From the sequence record MK308676.1: a stretch of DNA of 64,000 nucleotides; one strand, 5' to 3'. A model generated the notes under the pieces. The model worked only from the letters and a program-made list of their open reading frames with translations. It was not told the origin of the DNA and searched no databases. Below are positions 27,752 to 37,675 of the stretch, in pieces (position 1 is the first letter of the stretch; each line of letters begins with the position of its first letter). A program made the position numbers and the translations under genes.

Positions 27752-28428
27752 TACATCATCTCCCTAAGTTCTGCTAGTGAAATGCCTAGCTCTTTAGCTA
27801 AGGCCATGGCTTCTTTTAAATCCGATACCTGATGTTGCGCTTCCATGCGGCGCTTTATTGCCCCACGGTTAACCTGCGCTTTAGGAGCGATATCTTCCAA
27901 TGAAGAAAGACTCTCGTCCATGTAGTAGTCTTCACCGCCATCGTCTAAGCTAAGGTCTTCTTGAGGACGGTCAGCTTTCTTAAGTTTAGCTTTACGTTCC
28001 TCTTCCAACTTACGCTTACGCTCTTCGCGTTCCTTCTGACGTTTCTTGGAGGCTTCAGCTTCACGGCGACGTTTCTCAGTAGCGTCTTTAGCACGCTTAT
28101 GTTCACGCTCTTCCATTTCAGCTTTACGCTTGGCGTCACGCTCAGCGCGTTCTGCCTTCTTCTTAGCACGCTCTTCAGCAATGATGCGCTCACACTCGAC
28201 ACACTTACCTGTCTCAACGTTACGAACCGAACCATTCCAGCTGCGGACGTTACCTTCCCACAAATAGAAAAGAGTTTCGTGTTTCTCAGCACAGGCACGC
28301 CCAGCATATTGACTATGTCCTTCTGCTAGTGCTGCCTTTTTAGTGGTCACCATGTCGACCCGACGGAAGGGCAATTCTGCACCTTCGTCATTAGGATATA
28401 CTAACGTAATCATTTTAATCATCTCCAA
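27751..28428 (-). CDS. Zinc-ribbon plus charged coiled-coil protein
   Basis: GRAC..KH...GKCVEC zinc motif, then a K/E/R-rich helix and an acidic patch. Confidence 0.7.
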   Translation of the reverse strand: MEMIKMITLVYPNDEGAELPFRRVDMVTTKKAALAEGHSQYAGRACAEKHETLFYLWEGNVRSWNGSVRNVETGKCVECERIIAEERAKKKAERAERDAKRKAEMEEREHKRAKDATEKRRREAEASKKRQKEREERKRKLEEERKAKLKKADRPQEDLSLDDGGEDYYMDESLSSLEDIAPKAQVNRGAIKRRMEAQHQVSDLKEAMALAKELGISLAELREMM

Positions 28429-28471
28429 AGATTATAAGGGAAAGGGCACCCTTTCGAATGCCCTGCTTTTA

Positions 28472-29374
28472 CTACGCGTTCACAAAGTCTTTACGGAAGT
28501 TACCTTCGATGCGACCTTCGATGCCTGTGATGTAGCGGCGACCAGCCATAAACATACAGGTACCTTCAGGCGTAACGCAACTGTCTCGGACCATCACCTC
28601 TTCCCAGCTAGAGTAGCCGCTGAAGTTGTAGGTGGTCTCTTTTAAGACTGCCTCAACTTCGTGGACGAACCAAACGTCCGATTTAGAAACAAGTACTTCA
28701 TCGATGCGTGTTACGTGAACATCGTATCCTTCGCTGGTGTAGATGTCGACTAAGGCCTGAGTACAGTCCATCGAACGCTGGCGAATCTTAATCGCCTCCT
28801 CCGGTGTACTACCTGGGTATGCTAAGTTAGCAAGTAACTTGCAGATGCCCTGACCAAGATACATTTCGTCTTCGAAGTCCAGAGTACCTTTACCTTCCTG
28901 ACGCTTCGCAAGCCATTGTTTCTTGAACTCTTTACGTAGAATAAGAGCAGCAGCAGTTACTTCAGAAACGGTAGCCGTCAAGTCAGGACCGACTTTGACT
29001 TCGCTTTTAAGGAGACCCTCTTTAGCAATGATGTTCGGGAAAGAAGCCCCTAGACCTACAGAGAACACGCGAGGTTTTATTCCGCGCGAATACTGCATGC
29101 CTTCAGGTAACGTAATCTGACGGAAGTCTTCAGCCTTAAAAACTTTACGAGGTGACTTCTCGTAATGGTCGCCTTCAATAAGTAGCGCCATGCGAATGGC
29201 TTTACGTCCATTCACTTGCCATTCCTTAGGGGCGTCGACTGAAGTAAAGCCTTCGTAGTTAATTGGTAGCCCATTGATGTCTTTGAAGATAGTTTCAGTA
29301 CGTTGTTTAAAATCGCCAGCTGTAAGAACTTTTTCCAGGTGCTTAACGATTGCTAGTACATTTGCATTTACCAT
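28472..29374 (-). CDS. Hypothetical protein
   Basis: 300-aa ORF, GAGAGAG RBS. Confidence 0.75.
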   Translation of the reverse strand: MVNANVLAIVKHLEKVLTAGDFKQRTETIFKDINGLPINYEGFTSVDAPKEWQVNGRKAIRMALLIEGDHYEKSPRKVFKAEDFRQITLPEGMQYSRGIKPRVFSVGLGASFPNIIAKEGLLKSEVKVGPDLTATVSEVTAAALILRKEFKKQWLAKRQEGKGTLDFEDEMYLGQGICKLLANLAYPGSTPEEAIKIRQRSMDCTQALVDIYTSEGYDVHVTRIDEVLVSKSDVWFVHEVEAVLKETTYNFSGYSSWEEVMVRDSCVTPEGTCMFMAGRRYITGIEGRIEGNFRKDFVNA

Positions 29375-29409
29375 TGTATATCTCTCTCTTTTTAAATAAG
29401 TGGTGAGTC

Positions 29410-30480
29410 TTAAAACTCAGTTGATTGGGCGATGCGATTAAAATACTCTCGCCAGAAAGCCTTCGCTCCACTTCTTTCTTTGAAATAGGTAGAAGGATGG
29501 TTTGAGTTAATCATTGCGTCTATCATGTCCTTCTCACAAAAGTAATCTTCACAGACATCTTTGTGATAGTTCATGGCACTATCGTAAGGGTCCGGATAGT
29601 ATCCGACCTTACAAATAACGTCTCTTACAGAGTACTGACGGAACTCGGCCCCTTTACTTGCCAAGTTCTCCAGAAACTCTTTAGAAGGCATTGCGCCTGC
29701 ACGCAGACAGCCAGGGTAAGTACCGGCAGAAGAGTAATAAGACCCGCCTTCTGCCTCTGACGGGAAGAAGGTGTAACCGCTTGCCTTGACAATGCCTCGC
29801 TTATTATGGATAAGGTCGATTGCTTCTTCTAAAGTAATCTCCTTACCTAGGGGCACGTGTTCGCGTACGCGGAAGTGGTCACCCAATGAAGCTGGCGCCA
29901 GTGGGGCGAGGTTAGCCATTGGCGAAGGTGGAACCGGTTGTTGCTTAGGGATGTAGTGACAACCGTACATATCTTCACGAGACCATGGTGTAATTCTCAA
30001 AGGGCTCTTCACTCCGAATAGGTACACGTTCTTCTCTAGCCACTCTAAGGTCTTAGGATGTTCTAGGTCTAAGATTGGCGCAGATTTACCACCATCTACT
30101 TCTTTAAGGAAAAGCGGAATGCTTCTCCAGCTAGTGCGGCACTGTAGGGAACTATGCATGCCGTATGGCATAAACCATAGTTTCTTAATAGTGGCACGCA
30201 TAACGTTGCCGTCGAATTTCTCATCCCAGCGCGGCCACTCTAGACAGTAGTCCGGTAGCGTCTTGCTGATGGCTTCGCGGACATACATAGGAGGAAGCAC
30301 CGAATGGCGATGTGTCGAGTAGTAAGCAACGTAGAGCTCTAACAGAACCTGGACGCGCTCATAGTTGCCTTCTGCTTCGTGCAGTGTGGTGCGGTAAGAG
30401 TCCATCTGTTTGAACCACGTTTTACCTGGCCCACGACGAACGCTAGTCATTGGTCTTTTATAAGGTTTTAATTCTTCCAT
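29410..30480 (-). CDS. Hypothetical protein
   Basis: 356-aa ORF. Confidence 0.75.
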   Translation of the reverse strand: MEELKPYKRPMTSVRRGPGKTWFKQMDSYRTTLHEAEGNYERVQVLLELYVAYYSTHRHSVLPPMYVREAISKTLPDYCLEWPRWDEKFDGNVMRATIKKLWFMPYGMHSSLQCRTSWRSIPLFLKEVDGGKSAPILDLEHPKTLEWLEKNVYLFGVKSPLRITPWSREDMYGCHYIPKQQPVPPSPMANLAPLAPASLGDHFRVREHVPLGKEITLEEAIDLIHNKRGIVKASGYTFFPSEAEGGSYYSSAGTYPGCLRAGAMPSKEFLENLASKGAEFRQYSVRDVICKVGYYPDPYDSAMNYHKDVCEDYFCEKDMIDAMINSNHPSTYFKERSGAKAFWREYFNRIAQSTEF

Positions 30481-30483
30481 TAG

Positions 30484-31767
30484 TTAGTCCTCGGATAAAA
30501 TAAAGTCTGTTAAGTTGTAGTTCTTGACCTTAGGCTGTTCAGGCATTTGGTCTTCGATGTAAGCGGCTAGTTGCTCCGCAGTTGCTGTTTTAGAAAAATA
30601 TGCTTGTTTAAAGAAAGCAATGTCGCAGCCACGCCAATCCATGGTTATGTTCAGGTCTTGAACGTCCTCGCCGAAAACCCGAACTAGGTCGTCCTTAACA
30701 AGTTCTCTAGGGATGCGGGCTAACTCATGAACTGCTGTAACGCGGCTATTTCTAAAGATGGCCGGATGCAGTAGCTCTAGGTCGTTCGATGTTAAAACGA
30801 TAACGAGGTTCTTGGCTCTTACTGGACCCTGCATCGTACCGAGCAATGTCTGTAAACTGACGTTCTCGCGAACGAGTTCTCCGCGATGTTCGTCACGGAA
30901 GAGGTTAGGGTTTGAATGTAGGTCCTCAATAAGAATCACGTTCTTTTTCTTACCTATCTCACCTAATGGCGAATATGGGTCTTTTGCTAAAGTACGATAA
31001 GACTCATTGTCTTGCCCTACCATGCACAGGTCTCGGTCTAACATGGAAGCTAATACCTTGGCCATGGTGCTTTTCCCTGTACCTGGTTCGCCTGGCAGAA
31101 CAATAACCATTTTGTGGTCTAGGTTGTGTTCTTTAGCAAACTCGGCGCTTTCCTGAAATGTCGCTACTTGCTTCTCCAGGAACTCACGGTCTTCCTTACG
31201 AATGACGATATCGTCAAAACCGATTTTACGGTCTGTTGACTTATTGCCCCATTCATCCCGTACGCCCATAATGGTGTCGTCTAGAGGTTGCTCGATGGAT
31301 TGAAGGAATTCCAACAGGTAGCGATTACTTAGAGCGTAAGTCCATACCGTGATTCGGTACTTATTCTGCTCTGTGCCTTCTGAAGGCATGTCCTTCTTAT
31401 TGTACCAGAAAAAGCGTCCCTTATAGCGACAGATGGAGGTACCTAGACCGTTTCGAATTATGGGCTTATTTCTGCGGATAAGCAAGCCGGTAATCTGGAA
31501 GAAGCGGTCACTGAACGGAAGTTTGTATTGCTGAACTAGATGGTCGATTTCCCCTACCAGTTTTTTGGAAGAGGACCCTGCACCAGTACTCCCCGAGGAG
31601 TCTACCGTTGCAACATAGCGCAGTCGATAACGAATGGAACTATAGACGCGCATCGGTACCTTACGACATGCAATGGCTGCGCCTGAGATAATCGCAGTAG
31701 TTAGGAACTGGTTGTTCCCGGTAATAGAGTTAACGAACTCTACACCCTGTGCTAAAAAGTCTTGCAT
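30484..31767 (-). CDS. BCS1-like AAA+ ATPase
   Basis: Walker A GEPGTGKS, Walker B ILIED, sensor-1 LTSN, FRNSRV; N-terminal hydrophobic segment and BCS1_N-like region. Confidence 0.75.
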   Translation of the reverse strand: MQDFLAQGVEFVNSITGNNQFLTTAIISGAAIACRKVPMRVYSSIRYRLRYVATVDSSGSTGAGSSSKKLVGEIDHLVQQYKLPFSDRFFQITGLLIRRNKPIIRNGLGTSICRYKGRFFWYNKKDMPSEGTEQNKYRITVWTYALSNRYLLEFLQSIEQPLDDTIMGVRDEWGNKSTDRKIGFDDIVIRKEDREFLEKQVATFQESAEFAKEHNLDHKMVIVLPGEPGTGKSTMAKVLASMLDRDLCMVGQDNESYRTLAKDPYSPLGEIGKKKNVILIEDLHSNPNLFRDEHRGELVRENVSLQTLLGTMQGPVRAKNLVIVLTSNDLELLHPAIFRNSRVTAVHELARIPRELVKDDLVRVFGEDVQDLNITMDWRGCDIAFFKQAYFSKTATAEQLAAYIEDQMPEQPKVKNYNLTDFILSED

Positions 31768-31805
31768 TGTTTTTTTCCTATTTTTTAATATGGATGTTCA
31801 CCTAG

Positions 31806-31816
31806 GTAATATAGGT
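31806..31816 (-). promoter_or_regulatory. Putative phage early promoter ACCTATATTAC
   Basis: Exact repeat, about 40 nt upstream of the AAA gene start. Confidence 0.6.
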
Positions 31817-31872
31817 TTTAAAAACAGCAGAGATAAGGTAGGAGAAGCCGAAGCCTCTCCTACCTAAAGTAA

Positions 31873-32232
31873 TTATGCGTAAACCATCATTTGCTGTGCG
31901 CGTAGCGCAGGGTTAGTGCTAGGGTTAACACTTTCGTTGAAATGGTTCATACTAAATAGACTCGGCGTACCGTCTTTACGGATAACGGCCAAATCTAAAT
32001 CGTTAACGATTTCGCGGAAGCCGTCGATATCCGACATACCAGCCGCAGCTAGCTCTAAAAAGTCGCCTAGAGGCGTCTGGAGAAAAGCTATCGCCGAAGG
32101 AGTGATGTTCAGTAATGCATCGTAAAAGAACTGAGCGTTAGCTGCTGTCATGTCTTGCGCCAGTTCCCATTCTCTCTCGGACATTGGACCGACCACGATA
32201 GTGTTGTTGGCGGTGTTAAGTACTGCTTTCAT
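31873..32232 (-). CDS. Hypothetical protein
   Basis: 119-aa ORF, AAGGAA RBS. Confidence 0.7.
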   Translation of the reverse strand: MKAVLNTANNTIVVGPMSEREWELAQDMTAANAQFFYDALLNITPSAIAFLQTPLGDFLELAAAGMSDIDGFREIVNDLDLAVIRKDGTPSLFSMNHFNESVNPSTNPALRAQQMMVYA

Positions 32233-32436
32233 TTTGTTTTCCTTAAAGAAGTTAAGCTTAAGCTATAAGATTTGTAATCATTATCAACCCTATAGACGGC
32301 CAAAAGTCTAGCCTGGGTCCTGGGCAGTTATTTTCACTATCCTAATAACTCCAGCGTATTTATTTTGACCCTAAGGGAAAAATGTACGCGGAGTAGTATC
32401 GTATGAAGAATAACTTTCAACTAAGGAAACATTAGC

Positions 32437-33807
32437 ATGCAACATGACCTCATTAGTCGAAAGGACATTCACCTTTACCTCTCCAACATTCCTAAGCTAG
32501 ACTGGAACGCATTTAAGAATGGTTTCCGAGCAGCAGGTCGTTGGATTTGTAAGAACTGGCCACTGGTTATCGGTGCCCTTACGTTTGGTTTCAATCCAAC
32601 CGCTAAAGGCTTCGCTCTATTCTTGGCTGGCTTTATCCTATCTGAAGTGACTTCGGGTGAGATTGCAGTGTCTTACATCAAAGGTTGGTTGACCAGTCCT
32701 TCCGAATTTATTCGCAATAGCATCAGTTACTTAGCCGAAGCTATCCTAGGTCCTCTAGAAGAAGAGCGCATTATCTCGGACGCCTTTAAGATTAACAACC
32801 TCGTTACTGCGGTTGCTGAAGAAGGTAAGATTCTTCATTCCGATACGACTAAGGTTTGGAATAACCACAATCGTGGCCGCGTCGAGTCTATGGGCCCTGG
32901 CCGAGTTAAGTTCGAATTAGGCGGACGCATCTTCCATGGTGTAATCATGACTGAGCGCATGGAGTCCTCTTCTGTTCGTCACTGGGAGATGAAGGTTTGG
33001 ACATGTAAAGATGAACCAAAACCGTTTGAAGAACTCCAACGCGCCGCTGACGATATTGAGCCGGATGATAAAGACTTCGTGCCAATGGGTTCTTACGGTA
33101 ATGAAGAGATTGCTTTCGGAGCTTCTCAGAAGGTACCTAATCTGGATGACCTCATCCTGTCGGACGAAACTCGTGAAACTATCGTTGGTACTCTAAAGTC
33201 TTTCGAAGCCCGAGCTGAGTTCTGTGACAAGAATAAGCTAGCACACAAACTAGTTATTCTGGCACACGGCGAACCTGGCAACGGTAAGTCCGCTTTAGCA
33301 GCAGCCATCGCCGCTCAAACAGGACGAGCACTTGTTACAATCGACCCATCGAAGTTGACTAACAAGACCAAGTTCGACCTGCTTTATGAGAGTGCACCAG
33401 ATAATGTCTACCTAATCGAAGACATTCATCGAAGCGAGACCTTCTCCGATAAAGAAGCGGTCCAAGGCAAATTAAGCCTTTCTACTATCTTGAATGTCTT
33501 TAATGGTGCGGTGCCTCTACATGACGCCATCATCGTTATGACCACTAACGAGAAAGATAAGCTAGGTAAGGACTTAGTCCGCACAGGCCGCATTGACTTC
33601 GACCTCGAGTTACCTCGTTTAGAGCCAGAGCTCATTAACGAGAACATCGAGAAAGTCACTGGTTTCAAAGCTAATCTCGACCGCCCTATTCGTGGTGCTG
33701 ACTACTACGCTATCCTTTCGGAAGGCTGCATTAGTCAAGAGCGCATGGACATGGTAGTGGAACGCGTTATCAAAGAACTGCCAGACCTGAAAGACGCTAA
33801 GCTATAA
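32437..33807 (+). CDS. BCS1-like AAA+ ATPase with N-terminal membrane segments
   Basis: HGEPGNGKS, YLIEDIH, SLSTILNVFNG, MTTN, RTGRID; hydrophobic WPLVIGALTFG...FALFLAGFIL. Confidence 0.8.
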   Translation: MQHDLISRKDIHLYLSNIPKLDWNAFKNGFRAAGRWICKNWPLVIGALTFGFNPTAKGFALFLAGFILSEVTSGEIAVSYIKGWLTSPSEFIRNSISYLAEAILGPLEEERIISDAFKINNLVTAVAEEGKILHSDTTKVWNNHNRGRVESMGPGRVKFELGGRIFHGVIMTERMESSSVRHWEMKVWTCKDEPKPFEELQRAADDIEPDDKDFVPMGSYGNEEIAFGASQKVPNLDDLILSDETRETIVGTLKSFEARAEFCDKNKLAHKLVILAHGEPGNGKSALAAAIAAQTGRALVTIDPSKLTNKTKFDLLYESAPDNVYLIEDIHRSETFSDKEAVQGKLSLSTILNVFNGAVPLHDAIIVMTTNEKDKLGKDLVRTGRIDFDLELPRLEPELINENIEKVTGFKANLDRPIRGADYYAILSEGCISQERMDMVVERVIKELPDLKDAKL

Positions 33808-33813
33808 TAAGTC

Positions 33814-33837
33814 GCTCTCTATCTTCGGATAGAGAGC
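33814..33837 (+). terminator. Intrinsic terminator
   Basis: GCTCTCTATC-TTCG-GATAGAGAGC plus T-tract. Confidence 0.85.
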
Positions 33838-33886
33838 TTTGTCTTTTTTAACCTATCTGGAACATCTCATAGTTAAGGAGGCTTCT

Positions 33887-34099
33887 ATGGAAGTTAATTT
33901 ATTTAAAGGCCAAGGTACCGCTACCGAGATAGAAGTGCCCGTTTACGATGTGACTAAGTGCTATATGCACGGAAGCGTTATTTCATTCGGTACAGGGCTC
34001 TTCCGTCGCCATGACCCATTGAACCAACATATTTACAGACCCGATGGGGCTTTCAATGAAGCACGTTGGATTAAGATAGGAGAGAAAAGAAATGCCTGA
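33887..34099 (+). CDS. Hypothetical protein
   Basis: ATG 33887 after AAGGAGG RBS. Confidence 0.65.
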   Translation: MEVNLFKGQGTATEIEVPVYDVTKCYMHGSVISFGTGLFRRHDPLNQHIYRPDGAFNEARWIKIGEKRNA

Positions 34100-34721
34100 T
34101 GGAATCCCGGCAGATAGTTTCATTGTTACTCGTGCAATGCAGGAATACGTAACTGCCCTTGCAGCGATGCAAAGAACAGTAAACTTAGTAGTGCCTTCAG
34201 CAAACAATGCGAGTATTACTGTCGCAGCACATAAGCTTCTAGCTGAACCTGGCTTAGACGGTTTCAGTATTGCCGTTAAAGACATGCAGGATATGATTGT
34301 CGGCCCTGACATGTTCTATCGCGCAATCCCAATAAAGGACCGTATGGCTTTTCCTAACAGCATCTTGGAGTTCAAAGACCGAGACGCTGAGAACGTACGC
34401 CAGATTTTCCGTAATGTCTTTACTGGTTACATCCGTTATGCTATCGAGACAACGGAGCTTTGTAATCACTTCGACATGAACTGTTATACCAAGGAGATTA
34501 CTCCTCATCGTGACTACGAAATCGAAGTACTGGTTAGCGGTAGCACGTATGGCGTTCGTCTTCTTGACGATAAGTTCCTGGCTTTGGAAATCCCTTCTGG
34601 GCTATCAGCCTCTGTTGTAAACGCTTTAGTTTGCGGCGTAGAGTCCTCGATTGATATAAACCTGGCGAACATTCAAGGTGCTCCTCTCGAGTGGGAATTC
34701 TTGAAAGAGTCAAAAGAGTAA
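34092..34721 (+). CDS. Hypothetical protein
   Basis: 209-aa ORF, AGGAG RBS. Confidence 0.75.
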   Translation: MPDGIPADSFIVTRAMQEYVTALAAMQRTVNLVVPSANNASITVAAHKLLAEPGLDGFSIAVKDMQDMIVGPDMFYRAIPIKDRMAFPNSILEFKDRDAENVRQIFRNVFTGYIRYAIETTELCNHFDMNCYTKEITPHRDYEIEVLVSGSTYGVRLLDDKFLALEIPSGLSASVVNALVCGVESSIDINLANIQGAPLEWEFLKESKE

Positions 34722-34733
34722 AGGTAACGTCCC

Positions 34734-35198
34734 ATGAACTACATGCAATATCATCCGATAGACGTGGTGAACGGTGACGGTACTCGCTGTACTCTCTTTG
34801 TAAGTGGCTGCGCACATATGTGCAAGGGCTGCTACAATGAAGGTACTTGGAAGACTAATGCCGGTCATCCTTTCACTCAGGAACTAGAAGACCAAATCAT
34901 TAAAGACCTTAATGACGAGCGTATCAAGCGCAGAGGCTTATCTCTAAGCGGCGGTGACCCACTGCACCCTAAGAACGTTTCGACCGTTCTGAAGCTAGTA
35001 CAGCGCGTTAGAGCAGAGTGTCCTGGTAAAGACATTTGGGCTTGGACGGGTTATACGCTAGGTGAACTTTCCGAAGAACAGAAAGAAGTAGTAGACTTAT
35101 TGGATGTCCTCATCGATGGGAAGTTTGAAGAAGATAAGAAAGACCTCATGTTGAAGTGGCGAGGTTCTTCTAACCAAATCATTCACGTCTTTAAATAA
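34734..35198 (+). CDS. nrdG: Anaerobic ribonucleotide reductase activating protein (radical SAM)
   Basis: DVVNGDGTRCTLFVSGCAHMCKGCYN (CxxxCxxC), GLSLSGGDPL, WTGY, DVLIDGKF, RGSSNQ. Confidence 0.95.
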   Translation: MNYMQYHPIDVVNGDGTRCTLFVSGCAHMCKGCYNEGTWKTNAGHPFTQELEDQIIKDLNDERIKRRGLSLSGGDPLHPKNVSTVLKLVQRVRAECPGKDIWAWTGYTLGELSEEQKEVVDLLDVLIDGKFEEDKKDLMLKWRGSSNQIIHVFK

Positions 35199-35216
35199 AT
35201 AGACGGAGTTAATACC

Positions 35217-35465
35217 ATGAAGACGAAAATCGTCCAGGCTGACAGCACAGGGCCCATGGAAGAAGTCTTCCAGCCAACCGCAGCTTATGGTCCAGGTGAC
35301 CTTGTCTATAAAGACGGCCAGTATTACCGCGTTGTAGAACCTTACCTGAAAAAGATTGCAGGTGAACGTAAGCGAGACCGACTTACTAAACCTAAAAGAC
35401 GAGTAGCCAAGATAAAAGCTTCTCGCAAAGCTAAGCGTCAATCCCGACGCAACAACAGACGTTGA
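35217..35465 (+). CDS. Small basic protein
   Basis: Ends KPKRRVAKIKASRKAKRQSRRNNRR; GGAG RBS. Confidence 0.65.
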   Translation: MKTKIVQADSTGPMEEVFQPTAAYGPGDLVYKDGQYYRVVEPYLKKIAGERKRDRLTKPKRRVAKIKASRKAKRQSRRNNRR

Positions 35466-35540
35466 ACGTAGTCAGTGATTACGGCGTCTACTTAAACTAG
35501 TGGGCTCACGAAGGGCCCAACATTTACCGGAGTAAATAAA

Positions 35541-36353
35541 ATGAAACTACATGAACTATTACCGAACGCTATTGAACTTCGCCCTACATGGTGGACGTTT
35601 GAAACTTTACGCAGCTTACCTCAAGAAGGCTACGAAGTCTTTGTTGTTGTTCCTGACTTGGAAGAACCTGAGAATGCCTTGGCGTTAAAGTTCTCGTCTG
35701 ACGGAATAGGCGCTGACTTCCATTTCGGTACCATGTCGTCAGACACTCGCATGTCCATTTATCTCAATGACGAACAGAGAGAACAAATGGCGACTTATGA
35801 TACTAACCCTAACTTGCTCATTGCAGGTAACACGTTAGTCATCTCTAAGTACCAAATTTACATTAGCTTCCGTGGCCTCACCGGCGAGATGCTCAAAGAG
35901 AAGTTCCTTAAATCTGCCGACCATGCCTTGCGTTGGCGCCTAGCTCACGTATCGGACCTCAACCTGAAACCAAACGTTATCACGGATAAAGCAAAGCTTA
36001 TCACGGAGATGATTCTTGCTTGTGACAACATAAAGGTTGAAGGCGGCGTCAGCAAGGTTATGGACAATATCTACCCGCAAGTCAATAGCGCGTGGTGGGA
36101 AGAGTTCCGTGGAATTAAGCTTAAGTGGGCGGTTGACTCAAACAGCCAGGTGATGTTGGCCTACGAGAAACACGGCGAACTATTCTACGTGGCGGATTCC
36201 GGCGCAGTAGGCAAGTTCCATGGTAATAACCCTACTACTCGTGAACTCTCTTATAGAACGCTAATGGGTAGCCCTGAGTTTAGTGTTAAGACGGTAATTG
36301 CTAGCACTTTAGAAACTCCGGCGTTTACAGTAGACGTAATCGAAATCGACTAA
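35541..36353 (+). CDS. Hypothetical protein
   Basis: 270-aa ORF, GGAG RBS. Confidence 0.75.
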   Translation: MKLHELLPNAIELRPTWWTFETLRSLPQEGYEVFVVVPDLEEPENALALKFSSDGIGADFHFGTMSSDTRMSIYLNDEQREQMATYDTNPNLLIAGNTLVISKYQIYISFRGLTGEMLKEKFLKSADHALRWRLAHVSDLNLKPNVITDKAKLITEMILACDNIKVEGGVSKVMDNIYPQVNSAWWEEFRGIKLKWAVDSNSQVMLAYEKHGELFYVADSGAVGKFHGNNPTTRELSYRTLMGSPEFSVKTVIASTLETPAFTVDVIEID

Positions 36354-36366
36354 AAAAATAAGATAG

Positions 36367-36392
36367 CTCCTCCTAGCCTAAGCTAGGAGGAG
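36367..36392. terminator. Bidirectional terminator hairpin
   Basis: CTCCTCCTAGC-CTAA-GCTAGGAGGAG between convergent genes. Confidence 0.8.
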
Positions 36393-36401
36393 TATTATCT
36401 A

Positions 36402-37226
36402 TTAGTTATTTCTCTTTAGCCAGTTACCATATGCGGTACCAGCTCCCTGAACTTCAGAACGATTATAGAAGAATAGATTATCGTAAGTAGGCTCCCAGCA
36501 AACCGGAGACGTGCCGTGTTCTGCACAGTACGCGGGTAGTTTATCAAGATAGCCGGCTAGCTTTTTAGCTTTCTCCTGACTAGATGCTTGACGCTGAGCA
36601 GCTTGATGTATCGCGTTGTCTCTTTCAAGTTTAGCAAAGCGACAATCTTCTTCAAAGGCACTGCTCCCGCCTAGGTCGACGCAGTACTTCTGAACTTTCT
36701 TTTCAAACCACGGAGCGATTTCATTCGAGCTCGCTTCTTTTTGCTCATACCTTAAATCCATTCCTAAGAAATGGAAAGGATTAATACTGAAAGACTCACG
36801 CTCGTACTGAGCAATGCCGTAGTAGTCATGCGCTTCCATGTAGTTAGAGTAACACTGTTCTAGCTCGTAGCGAAGTCTAGAGCGGTCTCTAAGCAGCTGG
36901 TTCGAGATAGGTAGAAGTTCAGCCCTTGCTTGTTTGTGCGATGCTTGAATGTCGAGCTTTGTAGCATCCGGATGCTCGCTCAACATGGCCGAATATAAAG
37001 CATTAGTGTAGTACTTGTATTCTTTCAAACCGATAAACGAGATGCCTTGAACCAGTGTGCTACATTTATTAACATAGACCAGTTCTTCAATTGGGTCGCC
37101 TACAACAACGTCTCTGTAGCTGCCGTCGGTGTAGGTGATACGCTCAACGTGTTCGGCTTGAACCGCACTAGCGAAGTTAAGAGATACTAAGGCCGCTGCC
37201 ATTACTAGGGTCTTATTGTTTAACAT
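36402..37226 (-). CDS. Secreted/periplasmic Cys-containing protein
   Basis: Signal peptide MLNNKTLVMAAALVSLNFASAVQA; six Cys in the mature region. Confidence 0.7.
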   Translation of the reverse strand: MLNNKTLVMAAALVSLNFASAVQAEHVERITYTDGSYRDVVVGDPIEELVYVNKCSTLVQGISFIGLKEYKYYTNALYSAMLSEHPDATKLDIQASHKQARAELLPISNQLLRDRSRLRYELEQCYSNYMEAHDYYGIAQYERESFSINPFHFLGMDLRYEQKEASSNEIAPWFEKKVQKYCVDLGGSSAFEEDCRFAKLERDNAIHQAAQRQASSQEKAKKLAGYLDKLPAYCAEHGTSPVCWEPTYDNLFFYNRSEVQGAGTAYGNWLKRNN

Positions 37227-37303
37227 GATAATGTCCTTTTTATTTTGGAATGTAAAGTAATAAGAGATAACTCTCTCCCGAAAGAACAGGAGAGAGCGGG
37301 AGT

Positions 37304-37666
37304 TTAGTTAATAGAGATGCCTAACAGTGCCTCTAGTTGACGGCGTATAATCAGGCGGGTTGAACTTACTTCGATGCTATAGCCTAAGTAGTCACCTAAG
37401 ATATTCCAGCCTGTTTCATCATGGAAAAGGGTATAGGCCGGAATGTCAGTAGTGCGATTAGGGAGCATCCCTGCGTTTTCTACGAAGACACAAATTTTGG
37501 TTTCTGTTTCTGCCGCTAAATATAACCGCTTGCTTAGCTTCTGGCTTGTAGCATAGACGTTGTAAACTTTTACTTCTTCTATTAGCCATTCCCATTGCTC
37601 GACCATGCGAGGAGTAGGAGTGGCGTAATCTTTAGCTTGTTCAATGGTTTTAATTAAGTACGGCAT
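37304..37666 (-). CDS. Hypothetical protein
   Basis: 120-aa ORF, GGAGG RBS. Confidence 0.7.
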   Translation of the reverse strand: MPYLIKTIEQAKDYATPTPRMVEQWEWLIEEVKVYNVYATSQKLSKRLYLAAETETKICVFVENAGMLPNRTTDIPAYTLFHDETGWNILGDYLGYSIEVSSTRLIIRRQLEALLGISIN

Positions 37667-37675
37667 AACAGCCTC

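Noticed and set aside
27945-28329. Alternative-frame ORFs over the charged coiled-coil
   Set aside because: A by-product of low-complexity K/E/R codons lacking stops.
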